NCBI GenBank assembly: GCA_047967505.1
Contig: CM106538.1
Strand: one strand, 5' to 3'
Origin: Dipteris shenzhenensis
Taxonomy: Eukaryota
DNA: 64,000 nt
This document shows positions 39,430 to 53,250 of this stretch, in pieces. Position 1 is the stretch's first letter; each line of letters begins with the position of its first letter. The translations under genes and the position numbers were made by a program. The notes below the pieces were generated by a model. It worked only from the letters and a program-made list of their open reading frames with translations. It did not search any database and had not been told where the DNA came from.

Positions 39430-40350
39430 GCTGCAAGAAGCACGTAGTCGGCCCCGATTCGTGCAGTCGGTCCGGTCAGCGTGTCTTCGTTGCCATGGCT
39501 AACTGCAAAATCGTTTTCATCGCCACATTTTAAGCATTTGCATTGGACTGCCATCTGCGAAATAATGACGACACAAAATCAGGAACACCACTATCAAGGG
39601 CACGCACTTGCACTTATGGACAGAATCCTGAAATGTGAGTTTGGATGTAATTTGCATGGGTCCAATAGAACGTTTAGATGTGAGGATGCAAGCTATGAAG
39701 CAAAATATCTGATTTTACGCGAATGCACATACTATGAAATAACGTCAGCATTTAATGCCAATAGACAAACTAAGAAGAAAGTTTTCAGTAAAAGTCATGT
39801 AATTTCATTATAAGCATTTCCTTCCAAAATAGAATACAATGAATTAATGTCAGACCATGCACAAAAGGAGCTAAGCTTCTAACACAATTCTAATTCCATG
39901 CTCTATGTCTTCCATGGGTCTCATAGCGAGATTCTTACCACATCTTTTCTCTCATCTTTTCTCTCCTCCAAATTCTGCATACTTTCATGCCTCGTCTTCT
40001 CTTTGTGGCATTCTTCTACATCATTTTTCCTTTTGCATGCCTTCTCATGTGTTTGAGAAGTTTCAATTTAGTTGTGGCATTATCAGCCTCACCAAAAGCC
40101 AATGTATCTTCCAAAAATCGATCATCTCAATGATGTCCACCTAGCATCTATACTTCTATTCGTCGATACATATAGAATTCCTTCAATGTTACATGCCATC
40201 GCGGCTCATGCACCACGATAGTTTTTCCCAATGATAAATTTTTTTTCCTTTTCATACATGTTTGATCCTTTGAGAGAATAAAAGTACAAGAGCATGTACA
40301 TCAAGCCTTTGAAGCTCATATATTCATGTCCAAGTTTGAGATGGAAAAAA

Positions 40351-43300
40351 TCAATGAAGAGCATTTACATCAACGGATTCATCCTGAGCCAAGTCTAACG
40401 CACCAAACAAGTCTATCTCTAACTCTATACCTAGTTGATCTCCTATATCATCATCGTACTCTAGCATCGTAAGTTCACCTAAGACTTGATCATCTTCTTC
40501 AATAAAGTGTGGTGATTCTTGACGATCGTCATCTTCTTCCTCAATATCGTGATCTCCATCTTCCTCCCATACGATGTCATTATGCGCATCTTTCTCTTGG
40601 CTCATATTGTGATCTTCATCTTCTTCGCTAGATCCATCTGGATTAATTGGATTCGCATTGGTAGTGGCATCTCGATATTTACATCTCTATCTTCAAAAAT
40701 TTGCTTACTTCGTGGTGCAGCTTGGATCACGTACCACCATCTTGGATCATAACAATCCGGATGAAAAGCCACCTATATTGAAGAGAGATTGAAGATGGGT
40801 ACCAAATGCCATCAATTATATATATGAATTTATGCTTAACTACATGTATCAATGGACATTTAAAAACAAAAGCTTCGATTAATTAAATCATTTGTATGCA
40901 CCTGCTCACAATGCTCGGGAAGAACAAAAGTATCACTTTCATCGGTCCAAAGTTTGGTGGAGTCTATTGCAAAGAAACCGCTACTATATTTTCTCACTGT
41001 CGCATGGGGACCGTTGTAAATAGTTCTAAACCATTTTACATCAAGAATGAAAATACTAAATCGTCTAAAATCAATTTCATAGATTTTGCGTATGGTTCCA
41101 CAATAATTCAACTGTGAGGAGAGAAGATTGGTATCTGAAGCACTTGCTCAGGTATCTTGTGTGAAGTTAGCCATGACTCCATAATCATACATGACTCTCT
41201 TTGAATTGATGCATCCCACGTGAAAATGTCATCCATATGACCATAATGTAACAAATTGAGAGTAGATATGGAGGATGAAGATGGATCAACATCATGAAGA
41301 GAAGAGATACAATGAAGCGTAATTTTATTCATGATAGAAAGAGCCTTAAGTAGGCAAAGATACAAACCATTCGACATCATTGATGAGCTCATAGTTGAGC
41401 ATCTAGATCCATAAATCACTCCTAGATTATCTCCATCATACCTACCAAATGAGTCAAGCTCAATCCACTCCAACCACACATCTAACAGTGCTTATGGGCA
41501 CCTAACTGTGCCTCTAGCACACACACATAGAACCCAAGGTGTGCCTGGGGCATACACCCTGAGATATCCCATCAAACCCCCCCTCAAGGGAATGCCTCAG
41601 GCTATGTCAAGGATACATCTAGTCACATAGTGTCTCAAGCCATCTCATGGTGGTCAAGGATAAATCTATGGCTAGGATCTCATGCTAGCAAGGGTTCCCA
41701 AGGATGTGAAGTAAACAAAGGGATACATAAGACCTTCCAATGGTTATCTCCCCTGCATGTACATGCACACAATGTCTGCAGGAGGTACCATGGAGCAAAA
41801 CACATACACATGGCCTACATCATATGGTGATCAGAGGTGTTTACAAAGAACACAATAGTTTATTCCATTCATTTTAGAGGACTATCCAGGCAGAGTATCC
41901 AGGCAGAGTACCTTGACTCAACATAAAAAAGAGATCTGGAGCATATATGGAGATGGTTCAAAAAGCATAATCATCATAGGAGGCCTCATCTTGTGGAGGC
42001 ACATCAACTGAAAGTAAAATATTGGCAGTTTTCCTTTTTGGAAACATGATCTGAGCAGGGCAACATAACGTGATTTTTGGTGCACCTCAGAGATGATAAG
42101 CTGATGTTGGGCACAACAACAAAATGGGTTTTCTTGCTTGGCTGGTCGAACACAACCATGACCAATAAAAGAAGACGAAACTTCCAAATCATTAGAGAGT
42201 AGTAGTGGCTAGCAACCCTCATCTGCTCCTTTTAGCTATGCAGAGAAACATTGGTGTCAACTATGGGCTGTGTGAGGCAAACCTTCACAATCGGAACTCT
42301 GAGAAACCATTAATTAATGCCTCCGATTGCTAAAAAACTCTCGACTGCATAGAGAAACCAAGCAGCTGCACTTGAAATAGATAGCCTTCGCTCTCAAAAC
42401 TTCACAGGATAGTACGCTTGTAGCAAAATGAAGTTCACCAATACCCTTTAGAGCCGTCGCAGTTGAGACTTGAATTATTGACTACTCTCTGCATCAAAGA
42501 AGCTTCAAGAGCTTCAACTTTGAGAGTATAAAACAACCATGAACAGCGATGGTCGAGCACCAATAAACTCTTGCAAATCTTTATCAATTGAAATAGTCAA
42601 GGAAGAAAAAGAACACTCCCAATTAGAGAGTCCCTAAGAACCATGAGCGGTAGCCTGAAGTCTCCAAAGAATCTCAGCAAGTCTATCACTTAACGTCGTC
42701 AGCACAGAGTAGATCAACAATAATAAGCATTTTATTTTATGGAGAAAACAAGTAAGGAACCATAGCAGCAAGCATTCCTAGAACAAATGTTTTTGGTGGG
42801 TACGAGTGGATCAGAATATGAAAGCCAAGCTTCTGAGCTTCATCAAAAAATTGTAAATGATGGATATTGCTACAGCACGACCGAGCCCTTGGCTAAACCT
42901 CCAATGACTTTAGGCAATAGCAGTGGGTAGAATACTGTGAACAACATCCCAACCTCTCTATATTAGAATCAGTATAGCTGGAAGGGTAACTACAGAACAT
43001 GAGTCTCTCATATTAGCAACCGGTTTATAGAACCTCACCTAGCATCTTCTGTGACGTTCAACTATATGCAAATCTTCTACGGCAGCCTTCAAGCTATAGA
43101 AATTAGAGGTTGTTCTTGTTGCAAATGGAAGAAACCCATCCATTGACTCGAAGTATGCTTGCGTGGGCCAACTCGTGCCAGCCTTGTACTCATTTTTGTA
43201 GTACATGAAAGCGTGTTTATGATAGGCTCAAACAATCTGTGCTTGACAAGGCACGCAATGGAATATAGAGCTGAGGATGAGAGAGCTATAGACTTGGCAA

Positions 43301-46300
43301 GAGAAAGAAGAGGGAGAGAGCCACGAGAAGAATGACATCGAGCTCAAGGAGGATAGAACCGCTCTGATACCATATGTAATGAATTGAGAGTAGCTATGGA
43401 GGGTGAAGATGGATCAACATCATGAAGAGAAGAGATAAAATGAAGCGTAATTTTATTCATGATAGAAAGATCCTTAAGTAGGCAAAGATACAAACCATTC
43501 GACATCATTGATGAGCTCATAGTTGAGCATCTAGATCCATAAATCACCCCTAGATTATCTCCATCATACCTACCAAATGAGTCGAGCTTAATCCACTCCA
43601 ACCACACATCTAACAGTGCTTATGGGCACCTAACTGTGCCTATAGCACACACACATAGAACCCAAGGTGTGCCTCGGGCATACACCTTGAGATATCCCAT
43701 CACATAATGCACTTTACTTTTTGTACTACAAAAGAGCATCATTAAAACAATGAAGATGCATCTATTTTATATCGTATATTGCCACAAATAATTACTTAAT
43801 TACGTCAAGAGGTAAGAAACTTACATTTATCATACATCTAGATGATAACTCTCGCTTCGCGTTCGGCTTTACGTAGAGCTAGTTGTAGCCAATCAAGTGA
43901 CATGTGAGTGGGAGAAGGGTGAGATCCCATGCATATGGCTGTGATCGCCTGTACATTACTCTAAATCTGGTCCTTGTAACTATTCTTTTGCTTTGGCCGC
44001 TTCATATCTCTCAATCCATGTCTGCATCTCCTTGCTATTGAGGATACAAAACTTATTGAATTTCTCCATTTTCTCTTTGCTCATCTTTCTTTCAATCCCT
44101 TTTCCTTGGGGAACCTCGCCAACGATGCGATCATCATCCTTGTTATGCAAGCTTGTGGCATATCGGGATTCGTGGATGCAAGAAACTTCGTGATATATAC
44201 TAATGACCCTTGCACAAGCCATCCCTTTGCCATGCTTGTTTCTAGTCTTGCTCTTTTTCTTACAAATCCCTTCAAAGTTTTCATAAACCGCTCGAGAAAA
44301 ACATCCACCGACTATGAACGGTACCTGCAATGGCCACCTCATCAACTATGTGCACAAGCAAGTGCACTTGAGTTGTCATAATGCTTGAGGGAAAGTGCTT
44401 CTCAAGCAAGCATATGGCTTCGATGGATTCCACCCTAGCCTTCTCGATGCTCGATATGGAGATCTCTTTTTGAGATATCCACCTATTTCACATGCCCATG
44501 TAAGATGTATTCATAATCTGTCTACAAATTATTCAGCTTAAATTGAAGAAAATGCAATCAATGCGATTTGATAGTAAACATACCTCACAATACCACTGAT
44601 CTTGAATATAGCATTTCTAACATCTTCTTGAAGGCACCCTTTTATTGCAATTGGGAGGATGAACTATCAAAGCAACAAAGAAGTGATGTCAATAATATAA
44701 CATAATCATAACTACACTAATGCATCACGATTATCAATACACTAATCCTGCAGCTTAGAATGCCTATAAGACCTTGTGCCAATCATGGGACTTGAGCCCA
44801 CTAAGCTTATTGTCCTTTGAAAATGCTCATTTCAAGCAATGCATGTACCTTGTGGGTGTTTGAAAAGAGGCAATGTCTGCCTTGATTGCTACCTCCTCTC
44901 TCCTGGAGAGGATCCATGTTGCTTTCGGGAGGACAAATTTTCCCGAAGCATGCACTTGGGACCACAAACGAGACATCCTATTCATAGTACGCAAGTCTTC
45001 TCGCACTCCTCTCGAGTCTTTGGAACCAACCAAGTGTGCCCAAATAGTAGCCCTCACATTCTTGAAGATATGCATGGGATCCAAGAGATGATTGATTTGT
45101 AGTTGACCCTAATAAGGAAGCTCATGAAAGATCGATAGCCTCTTCATACCACGAGGAGGTTCCTCTCCATTTGCCCTCCAAGCCTGAATCCAATCACTTG
45201 CCTTCAAATATGGTGGTGGTCGATCAAGCTGACCTCCACCCACGAGGTGGTCTAGCAGAAGATATTGAGCATGATCTTCATAAACATTTTTCCTCATATG
45301 TTTGGAGTATTGTGCAAGCGATTTCAAACATGGTCCACAAAATGGACAAGCATGGTACCCACTTGTAACAAGTCCTACACGCATGCATGAATGTGTTAGT
45401 ATAAGACATGCGCATAAAAGAGAGTCATAAAAGCATAATCCTATATTATACATGTAAAGACACAACCACGTACCTACGCACTCTCCATATCCTGGGTAGT
45501 CTTGCATGGTCCACATCAAGATACCCTTGACCAAAATATCATTGGTATGTCTAGGAGCTTTGAAAATATCAAAGACCCGCACTCCTCTCCATACGATATA
45601 TAACTCCTCATCAAAGGTGCCATGTACATGTCCATATTTTTGGCCTTGTACTTCCCTGACACAAGTAGTGCAAGCATGAGGTGTCCCTTCTTTATTGTTA
45701 GCCATGGTGGGATATTGTAATTCACCAAGACTATGGGCCATGTCGACCAAAACGTCGAGTGTAACCTAAAAGGATTCACGCCATCCATGGCGAGCCCAAG
45801 ATGTAAGTTGCGTGGCTCCCTCGCAAAGTCTGGCCACTAATTGTCTATGTGCTTCCAAGCTACACAATCTGCAGGAATCCTCAATGTGTCATCAGTGGAC
45901 CGATGAGATGCATGCCAAGTCATCAACTCTGCTATGGATTTGCATCAAAACATGTGCTATATTCTTGCAATGATGGGAAAGTGTCTCAAGACTTTACTGG
46001 TATCTGCTTACCCTGCAAGTCATATCTATATCATTGTTCCCCACACTTCGGACAACTAGCCAAATCTCCATAATGATGACGAAAGAGAATACAGTCATTA
46101 TGGCAAGCATGGATGGTATCATAATCCATACCCACCGTTGTTAGCATCTTCTTCACTTCATCTCTTGATGCGGGCATGGTATTTGGTGCAGGCAACATCT
46201 TTTGGAGCAACCTATCACAATTCAAACATACATAGGCTTCGAATAATGATGATTTTCACCTCTCTTTTCCCCTTTTCTTTCTCTTTTTCCTTCTTTCAAA

Positions 46301-47515
46301 GCAACAAAGAAGTCATGTCAATAATATAACATAATCATAATTACATTGATGCATCATGATTATCGGTACACTAATCCTATAGCTTAGAATACTTGTAAGA
46401 CATTGAGCAAGCTAGAATCCTACGGCTTGACATTGAGCAAGCATTTACAGACTCCTGCATTCTTTGGATTAGAGTGAGAGAAGTCTATATCTGCTTGCTC
46501 AATGGTAGGCTATTGAAGCTTCATGTGGGGAAAAAGAGAGAAGGAAAGAGAGGAGAAAAGAGAGGAAAAGAGAGGAGAAAAAAGAGAGAAAAAGCGAGGA
46601 AAAAAGGGAGAAAAGAGAAGAGATAAGAGAGAAAAAGAGAGAAAGTGAAAAGAGAAAAAGTGGGGGTAAAAGAGAGAAAAAAAGAGAAGGAAAGAGAGGA
46701 CAAAAGAGAGGAAAATAGAGGAAAAGAGAGGAGAAAAAAGAGAGAAAAAGAGAGGAGATAAAGGAGAAAAAGAGAGGAAAAAGAGAGGATAAAAGAGAGA
46801 AGGATAAAAGAGAGTCACAATTCAAACATACATGGGCTTCAAATAATGATGATTCTCAAAACAAACAATATCCAAATAATGAGTCAAATTAATGCAAGAG
46901 CGAACCTCATTAAGGCCGAGACACTTGTATCCGACCACCCATACTTTGCTTGCAAATTCAAGATTGAGAGACAAACCCATAGTTTAGACATCTTACTACC
47001 CTTGTACAACTGTACATGTGTTGATTGCAACTCTCCCATATTGACCTCAGACTCTAACATCACGTGTACATGTGATGTAGTGCCCCTAAAAATAGAATCC
47101 ATCATGTCCACCATACCCTTGTCATCATCTGGCACATTTGGGAGACTATAGTCTTGCTCAAAGTGTGAAGGTATATGTGCACCCTCGCCACCCTCCTCAT
47201 CCTGTCTCAAGATTTTGTGTAAATATAAGATCTTGTCTCAAGGTTTCGTGTCATAATGATATCCAATATTAATACGAACTCAAATAGCATTGACTTACCG
47301 ATGATCCATCACCACGTGCAATACCAACGGTGGGTACTGGGTACTGGTTCGGGCTGCTCCCCATACATCTGCAAGTGGCACATGACAATATGACGTTGAT
47401 GTTGTATAACTTCTCGCTTGCAATGAGTGCAATAACAATACAACCTCTCCATAAGCCACTTTGTGCTCCCGGGCGTTGGCGCATCATTTGACAAGCTTCC
47501 ACTCATCCCTTCCAT
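40351..47515 (-). pseudogene. Tnp2 transposase of element E, interrupted at 41247-43702 and 46255-46814
   Basis: MDGVNPF, WTMQDYPGYG, DPMHIFKN, FLERFMKTLKG, YCGTIRKI. Confidence 0.9.
41247..43702 (-). mobile_element. Non-autonomous LTR element (2456 bp) related to 1132-3801, with gag replaced by non-coding cargo
   Basis: 328-bp LTRs (41247-41574, 43375-43702; ~12 differences); TSD CATAA; PBS rc GCTCTGATACCA at 43361-43372; PPT rc CCCCCCCTC at ~41577; 41575-42035 matches rc of ~3055-3503. Confidence 0.95.
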
Positions 47516-48628
47516 CTGCACACTTTCAAAATCACAACATGATCTGCAAGGAAATCTATTAAGATAAAAAAAATAGCCACACATGAGCTACTTTTCTCTC
47601 TTCTAACAATAACTGCCCTAAATTGTCGCTATATAGCGATGCTTTGTCCTGTTCCGTCGCTATATAGCGACGCTTTGCATTGTTCCATTGCTATATAGCA
47701 ACTCTTTTTGAATATAAACGTCGCTATATAGTGATTGACTAGCGTTGCTATATAGCGATGCTGGGGGCTTAAACCCGAAACCCTGCGTGATGCCGTCTTT
47801 CACATCTCTATTGCAACACCGTCTTTCACATCTCTATTGTGGGAAAGCAAAAGTCTCTCCTCCCACCTTATATTCGATGACCTAGCTTTCCTCCTCTCTA
47901 TTCCCTACTCTTCATCCCTACCTAGCCCCTCTCCCAACACTTGTGCTCCCTCTCCACCCTTCTCCCTCTTTGCTTGTGTGAAAGCAAGTTTTTCAAGAAG
48001 ATGGGTCTCTTTAAGCAATGTAGGTTCATTTTTTGTGAGATTTCGTTTTGTGAGTGTTGAAGCATGTTTCTCCTTGTATTGCTAAGGTTATGTGCTAATT
48101 TTTATGCTTGATTTTCAGAGGTTAAGGAAAAAAAACGAGATTTGGTGAAAGAAAGAAGACTCACCTCTTCTCTTTTTGGTATTTCTCTTCCTCCTCTTTC
48201 TCCTTGTTTGTAGGCTTCTCCAAACTCTTTTTCCCTCTCTTTTTCTCTTTTCTTCATAAGCATATGCCTATGCCTATGCCTATGCTTATGCTTATGCATG
48301 AGCATATGCTCATATGCTTATGCATAAGCATAAGCATATGCTTTCTCTCTTTTTCTCTTATGCATATGCTTTCTCTCTTTTTTCTCTTATGCATATTTGG
48401 TTCTTTTCCCCTCTTTCAATCTCTTTTCCCCTTTTCTCTCTTCTTTCTTTTGCCCTCTCCTTCTCTTATGCTTCTCCTTCTCTTTTCTTCTCTTATGCTT
48501 CTCTTATGCTTCTCCTTCTCTTATGCATATGCTTTCCCTCATATGCTTTCCGCTTCTTACCTACTCTTGTTTTTTGTTTTTTGTTTTTGTGTTTGTGTCT
48601 ACGTTTGTCCGATCCCCCCAAATTAGAC

Positions 48629-51338
48629 ATGGGATCACGTCGCATGTCTGACAAGTACAAAAACCCTTGTAGGAGAAAACATCATGATCTCTATTCTCCA
48701 GAGGGCTTTGATTCCACTCAGGTGAGACATCAGGGGCCTACACCTGGCCTGACTCCTCTTAGACGTAGAACTGTGACTACCCCTTGGGGAACTCCTTTGC
48801 TAGTAGCCCATGGCTTTGTCGGGAATCTCGACGAGTTTGTTGCACAGATGACCGATGTAGAGGCAGCAATATTCTTCTCTTTGCTATCCTAGAGGACCTC
48901 AACAAATCCCTCTCCTCACCGACGGCTTGACCTATTGTCTAGCCATCCCCTCTAGCCACTTCGACTGAGGGGTCATCACCTGGGCGTGCCCATCATAAGG
49001 GAAGGAAGAGTAGTAGGGGTCGCTTATGTTGTGTTGACTCGGGAGATGTAGACGAGTTAGCACACTCACATCCCTACCGGTCTCCACTTGGTCCTGAGAC
49101 CCAGTATCAGTCAGGTCCCTTGCCCTCTCCTACTCCCACTGCTACTCCACTACAAGACACAAGCGAAATACTGGCCTTTTTTACACTAAAAAGTTTTTTT
49201 TGGACGGGCGCAAAGGTCGGTATTTACGTCGCTATAAGCGTAAAAAAAGAATGGTTGCTATATAAGCATTGCTATATAACGACACTAATAAGCGTCGCTA
49301 TATAGCGACACTGGTAAATGTCACTATATAGTGACACTGGTAAACGTCGCTATATAGCAATGATTAACAGAAGCTTAAAAAAAACATTAGTGGGGCTAAA
49401 CAGGGCCACAACAAGCCTTGTTTTGCCCCAGTAATGTTTTTTTTGAAGTAATTACTAAATAATATTGTTTGTTACAAAATTTCCTTTGTGAAAAGGGTGA
49501 TACAAAATCGCTCAAACGAGCCGAATGATAGAAGCATATACATGTCGAAGATATACAACATTGTTTGTCACAAAATTACCCTTTCGAAAGAGAGGAGAAA
49601 AGAAGAAAAGAGGGGAAAAAAGAGAAAGAGAGAGAAAGCATATGCTTATGAAAAGAAGAGAAAAGAAAATGAAAGAGAGGAAATAAAAGAGGGAAAAAGA
49701 AGAGAAAGAAGAGAAAGGAAGAGGGGAAAAGAGAAGGAAAAAAGAGAGGGGAAAAGCATATGAGCATATGAGCATATGCTCTAATGAATAAGCATATTCA
49801 TATGAGCATAAGCATAAGCAAATGCATATGCTTATGAAAAGAATAGAATAGAGGATGAAAGAGAGGAAATAAGAGAGGGGAAAAGAAGGGAAGGAAGAGA
49901 AAGGAAGATGAGAAAAGAGAAGGAAAAAAGAGAGGGGAAAAGCATATGAGCATATGAGCATATGTTCATGCATAAGCATAAGCATATGAGAGCAGGTGCA
50001 TACTATTGATTTAATTAATTGAATCTTTTGTTTTTAAATATCAATTGGTACATGTACTTAAGCATAGTTTCATATAATTGATGGCATTTGGCACCCATCT
50101 TCAATATAGGTGGTTTTTCATCTGGATCGTTTTGATCCAAGATGGTTGTACGTGATCCAAGTTGCACCACGAAGTAAGCAAAATTTTGAAGATAGAGATG
50201 TGGATATGGAGATGCCACTACCAATGCCGGATCCAATTGATCCAGATGGATTTAGAGAAGAAGATGAAGATTACAGTATGAGCCAAGAGGAAGATGTGCA
50301 TAATAACATCATACGGCAGGAAGATGGAGATCACGATATTGAGGAAGAAGATGACGATCATCAAGAATCACCCGACTTTATTGAAGAAGATGATCAATGA
50401 ACGTACAATGCCAGAGTACGATGATGATATAGGAGATCAACTCAGTATAGAGTTGGAGATAGACTTGTTTGGCGCACTAGACTTGGCTTAGGATGAAGCC
50501 ATCTCAAACATGAACATGAATATATGAGCTTAAAACTTGATGTACATGCTCTTGTACTTTTATTCTTTCAAAGGATCAAACATGTATGAAAAGAATTTTT
50601 TTTAATCATTGGGTAAAACTATCTTTAAAGGTCGCTATGGGAAAAAACACTCTCTGTAAAACGTCGCTATATAACGACCTTATACAACTCTAGCAAGTGT
50701 TGCTATATAGCAGCACTTTTATAAACATTGCTATATAGTGACACTTTCATAGCGAGGTCTAAAAAAGTGTCGCTATATAGCGACATCTATAAAAGTGTCG
50801 CTATATAACGATACTTTTTAAGCCCACTTTGCATACCAATGATTAGCATCCCACGCACACTAAATGTCGGTGCTTAACCATCGAAAAAGGGCCTATGCCT
50901 TGTCGTGATCCTCTCTCCATAAGCGCTCGCACAAACACCACTCAGTCTGACTCTGCCACTACCATGAGTCCTCCTTACTCAGTCGAGGACCTATCCTTTG
51001 AAATCACGGTTGCTGGAGAGATAATAGGAAATAAAAAGGGCTTAGTAGCAGTGATGGCCACCATGAGGCAGTTGATGAGCCACCACTTCAGGAGCGGCAT
51101 AGCTACTAACTGGCAGTACCAAGATGAGGGAAAGAAGCAGGCAATCATCGATGAATTGAAAAGACAATATCCTAATCCTCCAAATTGGGAGTTCAATTTG
51201 GATTACATGAAAGAGCACATGGGGGTCCTCTTGAAGCATCGTAGGTCAACCTTGCGTACTTCCATTGCAAAGGGAAAGGCTAAACCCAACTGGGTAGACA
51301 AAGCTAATTGGAAGTTTTTCAAAAAGCAGTACCATTAG
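48629..51338 (+). pseudogene. ORF2 (TnpA-like) of element E, split by F and 3'-truncated
   Basis: GTPLLVAHGFVG...; QYPNPPNWEFN; homologous to 62819-63905. Confidence 0.78.
49148..50907. mobile_element. Non-autonomous family-2 CACTA deletion derivative F (1760 bp)
   Basis: CACTACAAG at 49148; ...GGGCCTATGCCTTGTCGTG at 50907; TSD CTC/ATC; both subterminal arrays; only the last transposase exon is retained (~49995-50490). Confidence 0.88.
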
Positions 51339-51549
51339 GGGAGAATGAGGGGAGAATTGGGGTCTCAAAAGGGCCTCATAAGGAATGGATTAGGCAATGC
51401 TTAGTGGGCTAATGCAAGAGCCTTGGAGGGTCCCAAAGAGGCCTAACTAGCCCAGCCTAGGTGGGTTAAGCCCACATTTGAGCCCACCTCTCCCCCCATC
51501 AATGAGGGGAGGGGGCCACTTTTTGATATTTGAATTTCAAATTTGGAAT

Positions 51550-52170
51550 CTCCCTCCCTCCCTCTCTCTCTCTTCCCTCCCTCCCTCTCTCTCCCTCCCT
51601 CCCTCCCTCCCTCCCTCCTTCTCCTCCCTCTCCCTCTCCCTCTCCCTCCCCCCCCTCCCTCCTGCTCTCCCCTCCTCGGTCTTGCTCCTCCTCCTCCCTC
51701 TCCCCTCCTCCTCCTCCTCCTCCTTCTGGCTCCTCCTCCCTCCTTCCTCTCCCCTCCTTCTCTAGCTGCCCAGGATCCCTCTCCCCTCCCTCTTGCCTCC
51801 TCCTCCTCTCCCCTCTCCCCTCCCTCTCCCCTCCTCCTTCTGGCTCCTCCTCCCTCCTTTCTCTCCCCTCCTTCTCCAGCTGCCCAGGATCCCTCTCCCC
51901 TCCCTCTCCCCTCCTCCTTCTTCTGGCTCCTCCTCCCTCCTTCTCTAGCTGCCCAGGATACTTCTCCTCTGCTCCTCGCTCCTGTAGAATCTCTCCCCTC
52001 CTCCTCCCTCCTGTAGCATCTCTCCCCTCCTCCTCCCTTCTACAACAGCTCCTTCCCTCCCTTCTACACCTGTCGCGCTACTCTTCTCCTCCTCTTCCTC
52101 TTGCCCTCATCTGCTTCTCCTCCCTCTTCCTTGCTACTCTCTCCCTCTCACTACTCCATCTTTGCCAGCT
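51550..52170. repeat. C/T-rich low-complexity tract with repeated CTGCCCAGGAT unit
   Basis: Polypyrimidine composition; unit at ~51766, 51880 and 51949. Confidence 0.8.
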
Positions 52171-52175
52171 GTCTT

Positions 52176-53250
52176 TTGGTAATTACAAAAGAATGTTTTT
52201 TGTTACAAAATTTTCCTTGTGAAAAGGATGATACGAAATCGCTCAAACAAGCTGAGCGACATAAGCGTATACATGTCGAAGATATACAACATTGTTTGTT
52301 ACAAAATTACCCTTTCGAAAAGGATGATACAAAATTGCTCAAATGAGCTGACATATAGAAGCACATACATGGCAAAGTATATGCAAACTACTACTAATAC
52401 TACTACTACTACTGCTCATTCAAATCATCATCCTCGTCCTCCTCATTGTTCGCGTCGTGTTGGCCCGATCTTTGGCCCTCGTGAGCTGCGCCTAATCCCT
52501 AGCCCTCGTGAGCTGTGCATGATCCCTGGCCCTCGTCGAAGCCATGTAAGCCTTATCCCTCGTCATCACCGCTCACCTCCACTGATGGGATGTTCGAGCT
52601 TTGATTCTAAGAGTGAAACCATATTAATTGGAAAGTAGATTGGAACTTAAAGAATAAAACAGTTTAAAAAGTGAGATTACAAGTAGGAGTAGACTTATAC
52701 CGTGTGAGCAACCACCTCAACCCAATCGACTGTCGCTTCCAGTGCCTCTTGCTCAATAAACCACGGCTTTGTTCCTATGCAGAACCCGCATCTCGTCTTT
52801 GTGTCTGTGGGAAGGCGACCCATCACAGCTTGCTATGGTCCCAATTTACGAGAGTTAGATAAAGTGCATGCAATATGTAGTAAAACAAATAGAACAATAC
52901 ATTAAATGAGAAGAAGTAGACTTACCACGTTTGCCTTGAATGCCAACCATCCGCCTGCACCAAAGTGAAAAGTACCTACAGAGTCCAGCCGTCTCCTCGC
53001 AGCCCTCCTCTAACTTTCAAACAGTTCGGGATGGTCCCTGTGTTACTTCTTGAAAAACTTCCAGTCAGCTTTGTCTTCCCAGCTGGGTTTAGCCTTTCCC
53101 TTTGCGATGGAAGTAGGCAAGGTTGACCTACCATGCTTCAAGAGGACCCCCATGCACTCTTTCATGTAATATGAATTAAACTCCCAATTTGGGAGGTTAG
53201 GATATTGTTATTTTCTATTATCTCTCTAGCAACCGTGATTTCATAGGACA
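52176..53250 (-). mobile_element. Fragment of a family-2 CACTA ORF2 3' half, inverted
   Basis: rc of the ORF2 exon (FGAGGW) and of bases 1-370. Confidence 0.82.

Larger units (their letters stand above)
40219..51338. mobile_element. Family-2 CACTA element E (both termini lost), hosting an LTR element and CACTA derivative F
   Basis: Inverted homolog of D over 40219-48115; internal GCTATATAGC cluster 47625-47760; ORF2 from 48629. Confidence 0.85.

Noticed and set aside
39900-40218. Possible left terminus of element E
   Set aside because: No CACTA or subterminal repeats found; the end appears deleted and the segment is unassigned
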